Source: Pelomyxa schiedti (Eukaryota > Protista > Evosea). Taken from it: a DNA stretch of 47,715 bases. The notes under the pieces were generated by a model that was not told the DNA's origin, made no database searches, and saw only the letters and a program-made list of their open reading frames with translations. The position numbers and the translations under genes are program-made. Shown piece by piece: positions 37,865 through 47,715 of the stretch. How positions within the stretch are numbered: the first letter of the stretch is position 1; each line of letters begins with the position of its first letter. Location: the NCBI GenBank assembly GCA_020536535.1, contig JAHLWZ010000918.1, positions 1 through 47,715 of the forward strand. Direction: 5' to 3'.

Positions 37865-40719
37865 TCAATCCTGGTTTGTTTTTGTTGTGGGTGTTTGTGT
37901 TGGTGCAGTTGAGGGTGTTGATGACGTCATCGGCTTTGCGTTTGGTTCCACAGAGGAGGAGAGTGACGGGGCACCAGTCAGGAGGTTGCCGTGGAGTGCT
38001 TTCCATGCTGCGTAGCCACCAAACACAACGCGTACTTGTGGGTGCCCGGCAGCAGCGAGGCGGTACCCGGCAGAGAAGGACATAATTCCGGTGGTGCACA
38101 TCAGAATCACTTCCCTATCCCACGGAACACTGTCAAAGTATCTGCGGTAATAGTGAGTTGGTTGCATTTAGTTGTGCTGCTGGGTGCGTGGTGATGCGTT
38201 GTTTTTTTCCCGTATTTGCTTTTGTTCGGGAGTTTTTTTAGCGGTGGGAATTCAAGGGAAAAAACCTGTCGAAATCAACAAAAGAGAATTCGTGGGCACC
38301 AGGTGCTGACGGTGCAGTAAGGCGTTCAAAAGAGAACCGCACATCGCAAACAAATGTTGATGCTAAACGTGAGGCATCAAGGTGCTAAAAAAAAAAAAAG
38401 GTCAGCCTTTTCTAATTTATGTTAAATTAGGGTTACCTTTGGATCCAACCAGGCAAAAGTAGGAGGGTAACCGCGCAGGATAATTGGTAGAACATGCAAG
38501 AAATAGTCAATATCTGCCACAGTTGTCGTGCAGCCCATACTAATCCTTATTGAGGACAGTGCCTCTGCCACAGTAAGGCCCATACCCAGAAGTACATGGG
38601 ACGGTTCAATCCGATCTTTTCCCAATTAGTTTCTAACAAAAGATAAACAAAATATTACCTGCTGTGCAAGCACTGCCTATGGATACACAGATTTCATAAC
38701 AGTCTAATCCAGCAAGTAATTTAATCCCTTCCTGGCCAGGGAAAGTGACATTAACGGTACCAGGAAGCTGGTGGTCAGGACTGGCCTCAGAAAAAAACGC
38801 AGTTGAGTCAATCGCCGATATACCCTAAGACATTGTTAAATTGGGGAGTCAAAAAAGAAATTGAGTGAAGGTACAGAAATAAGTTTGGCTCGTAAGGCTT
38901 GAAGGCGAGAAAATTCAGAAGTCATTCTTGCGTGAGCAAGCTTTGCAGCAAGCGCAAATCTTCAATATCAATTAGAGACTTAGCAAGAAGAATGTTGAAC
39001 AACCCAGCAATTTGATGTACTGCTTCAGTTCCAGAACGCAACTCCCGCTCTTGATGCCCTCCGTATATCAGAGGGAACCACCCACCCAAGGGATCAATCC
39101 CTTCAACAATTATATGAGCCGCTGCAGTTGGTGTAGAATCACTGGAGACTACTCCTCTCCAAAATAGAGCTCCACACCCTTTGGGGCCATTGATCTTGTG
39201 GGCGGTGATAGTGGCGAAATCAACTCCAAGTTCTGTTCAATAAAGTGAGTTGTAGGAAACAAGAAGTAAAGAGAAGACCTTGCACATTTACTGGTAATTT
39301 GCAGAAACTTTGCACCAAGTCGGTATGCATTAAAATGCCGCGTTCCTTGCATGCAGCAGCAATTTCCTTTATTGGCTGTACAGCCCCAGTTTCGTTATTG
39401 GCGTGCATCACAGTGACTAAAACGGTATCATCACGGATGGCTGCAATTATGTCCTCTACTTTTACTCTCCCATCACGACCTGCATTAACTCTGGTCACGG
39501 TTCCTCCGAGTGCCTCCACCTGTGTGCCGATGTAAATACAACAAACTTCAGAATCTTACAAAGACATTCCTGCATGCATGATCCGAGAATGGAATCATGT
39601 TCTATCGCAGATGTGACGATGTGACCTTTGAATCCAGGCTGCGCCGACTTTCCCAATCTCTGCCAAAGCAGTGAGTACTTGATCACTCAATGGAAAGGCA
39701 GGTACAGGATTGCCGTGAAGAAGTGCATGCATCCAGACACCTTTCACAACAGTGTTATTAGCCTCAGTTCCACCACTTGTGAAAGTGAGCTGGTGAGGAC
39801 TGCAGCCCAGTATACTAGCAATAGAGCATCGTGCAGAGTCAATTACCCCCCTTGCCTCCCGCCCATAAGTATGCAGCGACGATGCATTGCCGTACATGCT
39901 GGTTAGAATGCGTGACATTTCGCGTTGCACCTACAAGTGATACATGTACATGTTTGAGTTTTGTTATCTCAGATATATATATACCCCCGATCCCCTCTCC
40001 CAATCTCGCCAATTCAGCCAACCCCAAAAATGGTTGTAGCAGTCATGCCTCTGGGTCCAGTGGCGTGGACGCGTTGTTGTCAAAGTAGCACTTGTGTTGC
40101 CCCGTAACGAACTTGTTACGCTCTTCCCCCCACCAGCTCCACACCCTACTCAAGAAGAATCCACCCTATTTAACCATGTCAAACGAGAGGGGGAGGGGGC
40201 CGTCCGCGCCAACAATCTACGCGCATCACACGCACGCATCACACGCACGCATCACACGCACGCATCACACGCACGCATCACACGCACGCATCACACGCAC
40301 GCATCACACGCACGCATCACACACACGCATCACACACACGCATCACACACACGCATCACACGCACCTTTGGCTTTGGCCTCCCTACAGCGGGCACAAGCG
40401 ACGACGACGACAAGGAGGAAGACGAAGACGTGGCCGCCGCCGTAGACGACGCGGATGTGGTTGTGGTTGTGGTCGAGGTCGATGTCGTCGTAGTCGGTGG
40501 TGCCGCCGACGGTGACGTCGTAGAAGAAGGTGGGGAGGCAGATGGTGCAGAGCTGCTGCTGTTGCTGCTGCTGCTCGCCGCATCACTCGTACTTGTGGGA
40601 GCCGCGGCGGTGGCGCTAGAGGTCGCCGTCTGGATCGGGGTTTTTGTTGTTGTTGTAGGCGCAGTGGCGGTGTTGTTGTCACCAGACAACGCCGGTTGTT
40701 GCTGCTGGGCGTCCATCAT
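37865..40719 (-). CDS. Group I (NifS/IscS-type) cysteine desulfurase fused to a C-terminal rhodanese domain (~12 exons)
   Basis: [59 protein letters not shown] (PLP Lys), [36 protein letters not shown]; then in frame via introns 38385-38436 and 38142-38265: [45 protein letters not shown]. Confidence 0.9.
40223..40365. repeat. Minisatellite, 11 x 13 bp (GCATCACAC[G/A]CAC), in intron 1 of the desulfurase gene
   Basis: Counted directly: 7 G-type, 3 A-type, then 1 G-type unit. Confidence 0.95.
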
Positions 40720-40802
40720 GATTGTACCGTTTCGAAATACGATATTATTTGGGCAGTTGGCTAGTGTAAAAACAAATCTGTCTTCAAGACTTACTAGAGT
40801 CC

Positions 40803-41898
40803 TTACATGAAAATTTCTTCATTGACGATAAGGTCGGTGGTATGTGGCACAGTGAAGTCACCAACATGAAGCCCGGTGGGACCATCGTGAACCGAAAACG
40901 TGATTTCCGTTGGACTGGTGGGTGTGGACTGATGGCGATGCCCACGTGCAAGGGACAGAAAGCGTAGGCGGGCCTGCCATGTTTCCTGTGTGGTACATGC
41001 TGAACTGTGACTGTGACCTCACGAAAATGTGGCTGGTTCCAATTGGCACCACAGGGTAATTCGATGGAAACTTCGCCACCTCTTTGCTGGTTGTGAGATC
41101 CACCACAAGGTGAGATGGTGCAGAGTAGTCCCAATGAATGATACAAACAGGGCCGCCAGGAATCCAGACCATGCCTTGTGGATAATCACGGCACTGAATT
41201 TCTGATGCTACAACGAGGTGCCCTTGTTCAGAGCTGGCCTTCAAGTCCCAGAAGGTGGCAGTTCCAATGGAACTAAACAACATCAGAACATCATCATTGA
41301 AAGGCGAAAAGTAATGCGCTCCCACACTTCCAATAAGCTCAGGCTTAAATACCATTTCTGTACCTCCACCATCTGGCACCACAAGTACTTGTTCTGAATC
41401 CTCTGACACAACCCACTTCCTGTTGCAACACACAGCTGTGTCCCACAGTTGAACACGTTTTGGTGCCAAGTCATCACTCACTCCTGGAATTGGGCACAAA
41501 TAAGCTCCAGAGCGTTTATTTTGCAACAGAATCCTGCTGAATCCAACACAGCCACATACAGTGTCAGTGACAAAGAACTGTGAGTGCCTGAGAAGCCCCA
41601 GTGTCAGTGACACACTCACATACAAAAAGTGGTTAGGGATTGGGAGCCTGAACACGGCATCATCAAGTGGCCTGAGCACCCAGTCCTCAGCCCACGCCCT
41701 GAACGCCTCAGTGGATTGCGTCCAACGCACCAGCGATTGTGGGACAACAGCCAGGCCACTCCCACCACCGCCACCAACCCAGTCATTTTCAATAAAAAGA
41801 GGGTGCTGCTTTGTTGCTCTTTCTATTGCTGCTTGCCTGCGTGTTTCGGCTATTTGGGCACAGAGAATGGCCAATACCTGTGATTTGGTGGTAGTCAT
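40803..41898 (-). CDS. Intronless hypothetical protein, beta-rich, possibly frameshifted near the 3' end
   Basis: Single ~346-aa ORF from ATG 41898 (stop 40858); an alternative frame near 40920 reads TEITFSVHDGPTGLHVGDFTVP..* to 40803. Confidence 0.55.
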
Positions 41899-42102
41899 TT
41901 GCCTTCGATTGAGTGAACCGAATTGTTTCTTCGCTTGGGACAATAAAATGACCGCAGCGTTTGTGACGATAACAAATTTAATTCTGTTAAATGTGCTAAC
42001 GGGGAGTGACGAACACGTTCGTAGATAAGAAAGTATTCATTTATTTTAATTGAGTTGGTGAGTTCTAAACGAGATGAACTTATTTTTGAGTTCTAAACTT
42101 AT

Positions 42103-43107
42103 TTACAGCTTGAACTGCCCGTGTAGAAGTTGCATTACGAGAGTGATATCTCGCTGATAATCGGGGCTGTGTGGGGTTAGTTGTATTATACCACTGGGGT
42201 GTGCAACTAACGTGAGGGTGTTCCATAGAGCGTTGGCTGCATTGTAGGCTTTCTTGGCTGTTTCGCTGGAACGCTCATCTGAACCCAGTATGTCATAGAA
42301 GAAGGCACTTAAGTTAAATGCGAGGCTGAGGCGAGTGGAGTGAGTAGCCGGCAGTTGTCGTTCCGCTATATCTAGCCCGAAGCGGAATGCACTCAGTGAG
42401 ATATCAGCGAAATTCTTGCGTTCTGGCCCAGTGGAGTTCTCGGCGAGATATCTGCTGTAACTTCCTTTCCTGTGAGATTAGTTCAAGCTCGGTATTGTGG
42501 CATTCTTTTGGCTGGTAACATACATGTTGTAATAACATACTTCACTATCAGCAGATGCGGCAGATGGAATCAAGTGGGTATCCAGTAAGTCCAGCAAATC
42601 TTTACAAATTGCAACAAGTTCCGCTCTCACTGTTTGGAGGAATTCTTTTAATTTGGAACTGTGGAAGGGAGTGCTGGCTTTAGCGGATTCTGCTGGCTCC
42701 ACTGCCGAGATAACCTTGAGAGATAATCTTCTGGCGCCGATTTCATTTTTGTATGCAATTGACAGCAGGTTTATTTCCTCAACTATTCAAAAGCATGACC
42801 TACCGAACACAGGCGGCTTCTTTGTTGTTTTACCCACCAGTGAGGTCCGATTCAGCAGTAGCTACAACGTTCTTCACAGCCACCACCATGTCTATCAGAT
42901 ATTAGTATAATAATCCCAAGCCATACACGCCACGCCCCACTTACATAATACAGCATACCCACAGACATACACACGGCACATACCACAGTACCTCCCAGCC
43001 ATCTCAGCCAGTTTGGCCATCTCCACCCAGTGCGTGTGATTGTGATTGTGCCCCCCACCACACATGCCCCCCGTTTGTTGTTGTGTCCAACATCCCATCA
43101 TCGTCAT
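42103..43107 (-). CDS. Divergent 14-3-3 protein (multi-exon; start tentative)
   Basis: MAKLAEMAGRYC|DMV..EEINLLSIAYKNEIGARR..ELVAICKDLLDLLDTHLIP..M|KGSYSRYLAE..LPATHSTRLSLAFNLSAFFYDIL..AKKAY..DITLVMQLL. Confidence 0.88.
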
Positions 43108-43479
43108 CCCCGTCGTTGTAGCCAGCCTGACCACCTCGCCTGGGGGTGTTCCCGCCGTAGTTGTTGTCTGTACCCTCGCCCCCGTCGCCTGACTTTCTTA
43201 TGTTCAAATCAAAAAGAGACTGGGAGTTGAGATTCGTCCTCGCCATCCGCATTTGCCAATTCAGAGAAGGTCCTGAGACTGTGGAGTGAAACTGAATGAC
43301 TAAGACCTGTCTGAAAGTTCAGATGCGGCCAGGGGGGAAGCATCTAATTTCCCTTGCAACAACTTTGATGTAATTACACAATGTTTTCTCAAGATTGTTG
43401 ACTTGTGGGATCTTATTCTGGGGAAGAACACAAATTTGTGTTCTTTGATGGTGGGGGTAATGGACACCACAGAAGCCTC

Positions 43480-44400
43480 CTTTCACCAGATGCTCTGGAC
43501 AGTTGTGTGCTGTGGGAGAAACAAACAAAGGAGGATATCCACATTGGCGCAAAGGAATCCAGGTAGGCTTGCTGCAAATTGTTTTTGTTGTGGTGCGGGA
43601 AATGTCAGTGGCCAGGAGAGTATTCTAGGGCATTCACTGGTACACACAGGTAAAATGCTGGACACATAAGAATTGAGCCAGTCAACAAGTCCCGGGAAAA
43701 TAGTTTACCCACCAGTAATAAGAATGTTTCGTTGAATAAGTGTACGTGCATCATCTCACATCTGCCAGGATTTTCTTTTTTCTTAGATTAAGAAAATGCG
43801 TTATAAAACTAAATAAAGAACCTGGTAAACTGGTTTTGACCATTTCCAACAGCGGTACGTAATTAGCTGGTGGAGGCAATTCCTTAACCCAGACTTATCG
43901 AAGGTAGATGCCGGGGAAAGCAAGACTTGAAAAGTTGGATTGAACTCGGGAATAGCGGTTTGCTCCAGAGGTAGTTCCCTCAACTGGACAAACAGCTTTT
44001 CTAATGTGTGTCGTTAAATTTACTTTAGTAGTGGAACACAAGTTTTTTACCGGAGAACTGGCTACTTGGTAAAGACTTTCTTTCGTATCAATAATCCCCT
44101 TTGGAGTTTAAGAAATACATTGAATATTGATGCAACTGGTTAGGACACAGAATGGTGGGGGTTCACCTAGAAAGTGAACCACATTGTGATGCAAGACGCC
44201 TCCGATCATGCCGTGAGCGAAAGGAGGAGAAATGGGAAAGAAGTATTACTTACTGCAAGTTAGCTGCCTGTCTTCCACGTCAATTGAAGCCAAATACCAA
44301 GTATAAGTGCTGTCTTTGACTGCAACGGGTGTATTCCCTTGCAAGAAATGATGTAAGGTGATCACCTTGTGTGGTTTGCTGTAGTATTTGGCCTAGCGGT
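43480..44400 (-). pseudogene. Degenerate actin-like (ARP) gene with an in-frame stop and a frameshift; boundaries approximate
   Basis: DDARTLIQRNILITGG*TIFPGLVDWL (actin NIVLSGGTTMFPGIADR; TAA at 43705-43707), IIDTKESLYQVA (IVRDIKEKLCYVA), PAPQQKQFAA. Confidence 0.55.
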
Positions 44401-45317
44401 AACACCTGTGGAAACCGAGCGCAATCAGACTTATGGGTTCTTGCTCCGCCGCGGGCTTCGTCGCTGTTGCCGTTGAGGGTCATCATCGGCCTTCGCACCC
44501 AAGTTGGAGACTTCAAATCGAGGAAAATGTTGCCCAAGCCGAAGTGGCGCCATGAGGGCGCCTCCCATGAGGGATGCCTCAGTCCAACTGTATGGTTGGG
44601 TGAGGGTTAAATTTAGAGCCTGAGAAAGTGGAGAATGTGAGTTCGTGTCGGAGCCTGCAGGAAGTAGCTGGAAGGACCGTGTTCGAAGTACTGAGGAATC
44701 GCAGCCCCGGGGGACAAAGACCCCACCCCTGGGCGGCCTGGCCCCAGCGTCATCGGCACGCACACCCCCGCCGATGCTGCCGAGCCTGCCGCCGCCCCCC
44801 TGGCTAACACAAGCACAGACACATCTTGGCGCAGACCGTGCTCGCGGGATAATCGGAGCTCGTGGCTGGCGCTCGCGGTGTAGCTCGCCAGGCCAGGCCG
44901 GTCTGCTGAGCCGCTGCTGAGCCCGCTGCTCGAGCCCCCTGCTGAGCCGGACGTCGATGGGCCTCTGTGCTGCGAGGGGGGCTGGACCCCTGGTCCCTGG
45001 GGAGATGGTGGGGAACCAGGGGGCTGGCCTTGGGAATTCTGGGTTGAGCCTGAGTTTAGACTGAAGTGTTCCACACTTTTTTGTTTTTTTTTCATGCTGC
45101 CCGCTCTCCTTCCGAAAACGGACCGTTACACGGCCAATGTCATTTTTATGTAAATCTCACTTTCCACTTCAAATTTCACCCCTGTGGAGGAGCAGCAGAA
45201 TGTGGACTGGATGTAAGTGTTGCTGCTCCCGGGGAAATTCACTCCGTCTTCCTGCCCTGATGGTTTTTGATGTTTCTGTTCATTCCACTAAACAATAAAA
45301 CAGTGGCCTGACACACG

Positions 45318-47417
45318 ATGCTCAGCAGCGCTGTGAGTAGGCGGGTCATTGGCTGTGGTAGTACCCCGGCGTGGGGGGTTGCGTGGGGCGTGGCCCGCAC
45401 CCGCGCCCTGGGCACAGCGACGAAGCGCCGGGTGCTGGGGGGCATCATCGCCAGCAACGATAACAACACAGCGGGAGGGCGGGGGGGACGGAGGCACCAG
45501 GCAACTAGCGCCACCAGCAGCGGCGGCGGGGAGGAGGCAAGAGGGGGGGCACGAGGGGGGGACCAGCACGAGTTCAGGATGCACGACAGCATGGTGCCAC
45601 TCACTGACACCCAGAGACAGGTTGGTCGGTCCGGCACCTTCGCTGCATTGCTTTTTTTCCCCTCTCTCTCTCTCTTTTTTTTTTGACTTGAGTGACACCA
45701 ACGGTTTTTTTCTTTCCGGAAATTCAGCTCAAGGAGGCCATATTCAAGTTCGCTCAGAAGGAGATCCAACCTCTGGCACAGCAGTTGGATGATGGCATTG
45801 CCGCACCTCCTGTGTGCTAGATTGACTCTTCTCTCGCACTTTAATTGATTTGAATATTTGGCTTTTTTTTCATTTCATGGTGCTCACTGTTCATGTACAG
45901 GACATGTGGAGAAAGATGGGAGACATGGGATTACTTGGAATTACTGCACCTGGTATTATTATCTTATTCCAATTATTGTGTTTTTGATAACGAATCCCAG
46001 TACAATATGGAGGAATGGAAATGGGTTACTTGGAAAATTGCATTGCGATGGAAGAACTCAGGTTTACTACCCGTTTTTTTCATCCCCCATTGACAACTAT
46101 GCAGCCGGGCATGTGCGTCAGTTGGCCTGTCCTACGCGGCACATTCCAATTTGTGTGTAAGTCAAATCGACAGAAACGGTAATGCGGCGCAAAAACAGTT
46201 CTTTCTGCCAAAAGTACTTGCTTTGCATTCTATTTTTTACCCTCACTGACCAAACTAGCTTGTCTCAGGTGAACATATTGGCGCTCTCTGTATCAGTGAG
46301 GAAGAAGCTGGCTCGGATGTCGTTTCAATGAAGACAACAGCTGTTAAGAAAGGTGCAGTAGACCTGCTGTACTTTGCACTTTCCTAATGGGGAAAAAAAA
46401 AGGGAAACATTTCGTGCTAAATGGAAGTAAGATGTGGATTACAAACGGAGATATTGCTGATGTTTATATCGTGTATGCTAAAACTAATCCCGTGGGAAAG
46501 CAACATGGCATAACTGCTTTTCTCGTGAATAAAGTTGCTCCATTCTCAAGACATGTTGAGTTTAAGTTCCTCACAGAAGTCAAAAGGCTTGAGGGCAAAT
46601 CCGCCACTGGACAAACTGGGCATGAGAGGTTCAAATACCTGCCAGGTATAATCACAAAAAAGACTTCCGCTTACTCTCTATTTAGTTATTCTTTGAGAAC
46701 GTTGAAGTTCCAGGTTTACCGTTAGTGCCTTTTAGTGTGCGATAACACTTGACAGAGGAAAACATTCTTGGACAAGTGGACAAGGGAATTTATGTGTTAA
46801 TGAGTGGGTTGGACTATGAGCGGCTTGCTTTGTCAGCTGGTCCTCTGGGGATAATGCAGTCTTGCGTTGATAACGTAATGCCATACGTCGCTTTGAGAAA
46901 GCAATTTGGAAAGCCACTTTCTTCATTCCAAGTGCGGATTCCCGGCTACTGGTTTTACCTTTTTACCTAAGTGCAGTTGATTCAAGCCAAGCTTGCTGAT
47001 ATGTACACTTCACTATGTGCCAGCCGGGCCTTTGTTTACTCCACCGCCAAGGCAGTGGATGAAAAGCAGCTAGACCAATCCGCCATCACAAGGGTTTTTT
47101 TCCCTTCATATTTAAGCCTCTGCGACTTACTTTGAAATAGAGTTGTGCATCCGCTTTCCTATTCTCTGCCGAGCATGCTACACAGGTAGCATTGCAAGCA
47201 ATACAATGCCTTGGTAACCACCTTCATTCATTCTTGCCATTATCAAACTTGTGGCAAGTTTCTGATGAACATTTCAGGTAGCAGTGGTTACATGAATGAG
47301 TACCCGTTGGGCAGGCTACTTCGTGATGCTAAGCTCTATGAAATTGGAGGTGGAACAACCGAGATACGGCGATTGGTAATAGCCAAAGAACTAGCAAAAC
47401 AACTTGTGGGACTGTAA
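45318..47417 (+). CDS. IVD: Isovaleryl-CoA dehydrogenase with an N-terminal mitochondrial-type presequence (multi-exon)
   Basis: [20 protein letters not shown]|[69 protein letters not shown] (IVD catalytic Glu), [17 protein letters not shown]. Confidence 0.93.
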
Positions 47418-47715
47418 AACAACACAAAAATCACACGTGGCATGCCAAAAAAAAGGGAAAAAACCAAACATCACATCAAACAATGAAAGCTTTCTTTTTC
47501 TTCGCCCTTTGTTCACTGTCCCCCTTTTTTTCCTTCGGGTGTCCACGTTGTCATGTTTGAAGAAAAAAAAGGAATAAACAAACAAGCGATTAAACGACAA
47601 CAAACCACACGTACTCCACAAAGGAGTCGACATTTTAAGCAGAGACTACAAGTTCATCTCGTTAATACCCCTCGACCCACAATTCAACATAGACACACGC
47701 AGCGAGGATGGCACT

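Noticed and set aside
40223-40365. CRISPR-like array or His-rich coding repeat ([11 protein letters not shown] ORFs)
   Set aside because: No spacers, 13-bp tandem units, eukaryotic context, and it lies within an intron on the opposite strand
2377-40719. A functional RNA-modification or sulfur gene cluster (radical SAM, RNA ligase, Tudor-SN, SLC13, desulfurase)
   Set aside because: Genes are interspersed with unrelated housekeeping genes in mixed orientation; there is no evidence of co-regulation
40094-40810. Long antisense ORFs (also 22165-22611, 9015-9326, 36450-36751)
   Set aside because: Shadows of low-complexity or GC-rich coding exons on the other strand
43705-43707. Stop-codon reassignment (TAA as sense)
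   Set aside because: TAA, TAG and TGA all terminate conserved genes in this window, and the locus also has a frameshift
1-47715. Bacterial contamination or endosymbiont origin of the prokaryote-like genes
   Set aside because: They contain spliceosomal introns of the same style as neighbouring RBX1, calnexin and Tudor-SN

Overview
Eukaryotic, very gene-dense genomic DNA with many short (mostly about 35-70 nt) spliceosomal introns, so the supplied ORF track fragments almost every gene; I spliced the genes by hand. Gene content and style (LIM-PTEN, BRUCE-like E2, bacterial-type cyclase and M28 peptidase, Thr/Gln low-complexity tracts) suggest an amoebozoan, possibly an archamoeba such as Pelomyxa (inference only). 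About 20 genes: M28 peptidase, radical SAM protein (TIGR01210/RaSEA-like), membrane cyclic-nucleotide phosphodiesterase, RBX1, RNA ligase, ZIP transporter, calnexin, receptor adenylate cyclase, Tudor-SN, SLC13/TrkA-C permease, UBA protein, WWE-E2, TBC/EF-hand RabGAP, BIRC6-like E2, LIM-PTEN, cysteine desulfurase-rhodanese fusion, an intronless hypothetical, a divergent 14-3-3, an actin-like pseudogene and isovaleryl-CoA dehydrogenase. Highlights: (1) a group I cysteine desulfurase spliced in frame to a C-terminal rhodanese domain; (2) two GA-AG introns required by protein conservation, plus GC-AG introns; (3) an intron-containing prokaryote-type radical SAM gene with a Cx4Cx2C motif; (4) an 8-bp-periodic CANNTG array upstream of the zinc transporter; (5) a 9-nt microexon inside the PTEN catalytic loop. 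Two 100-N gaps are present, the first flanked by a 121-bp duplication that is probably an assembly artefact.
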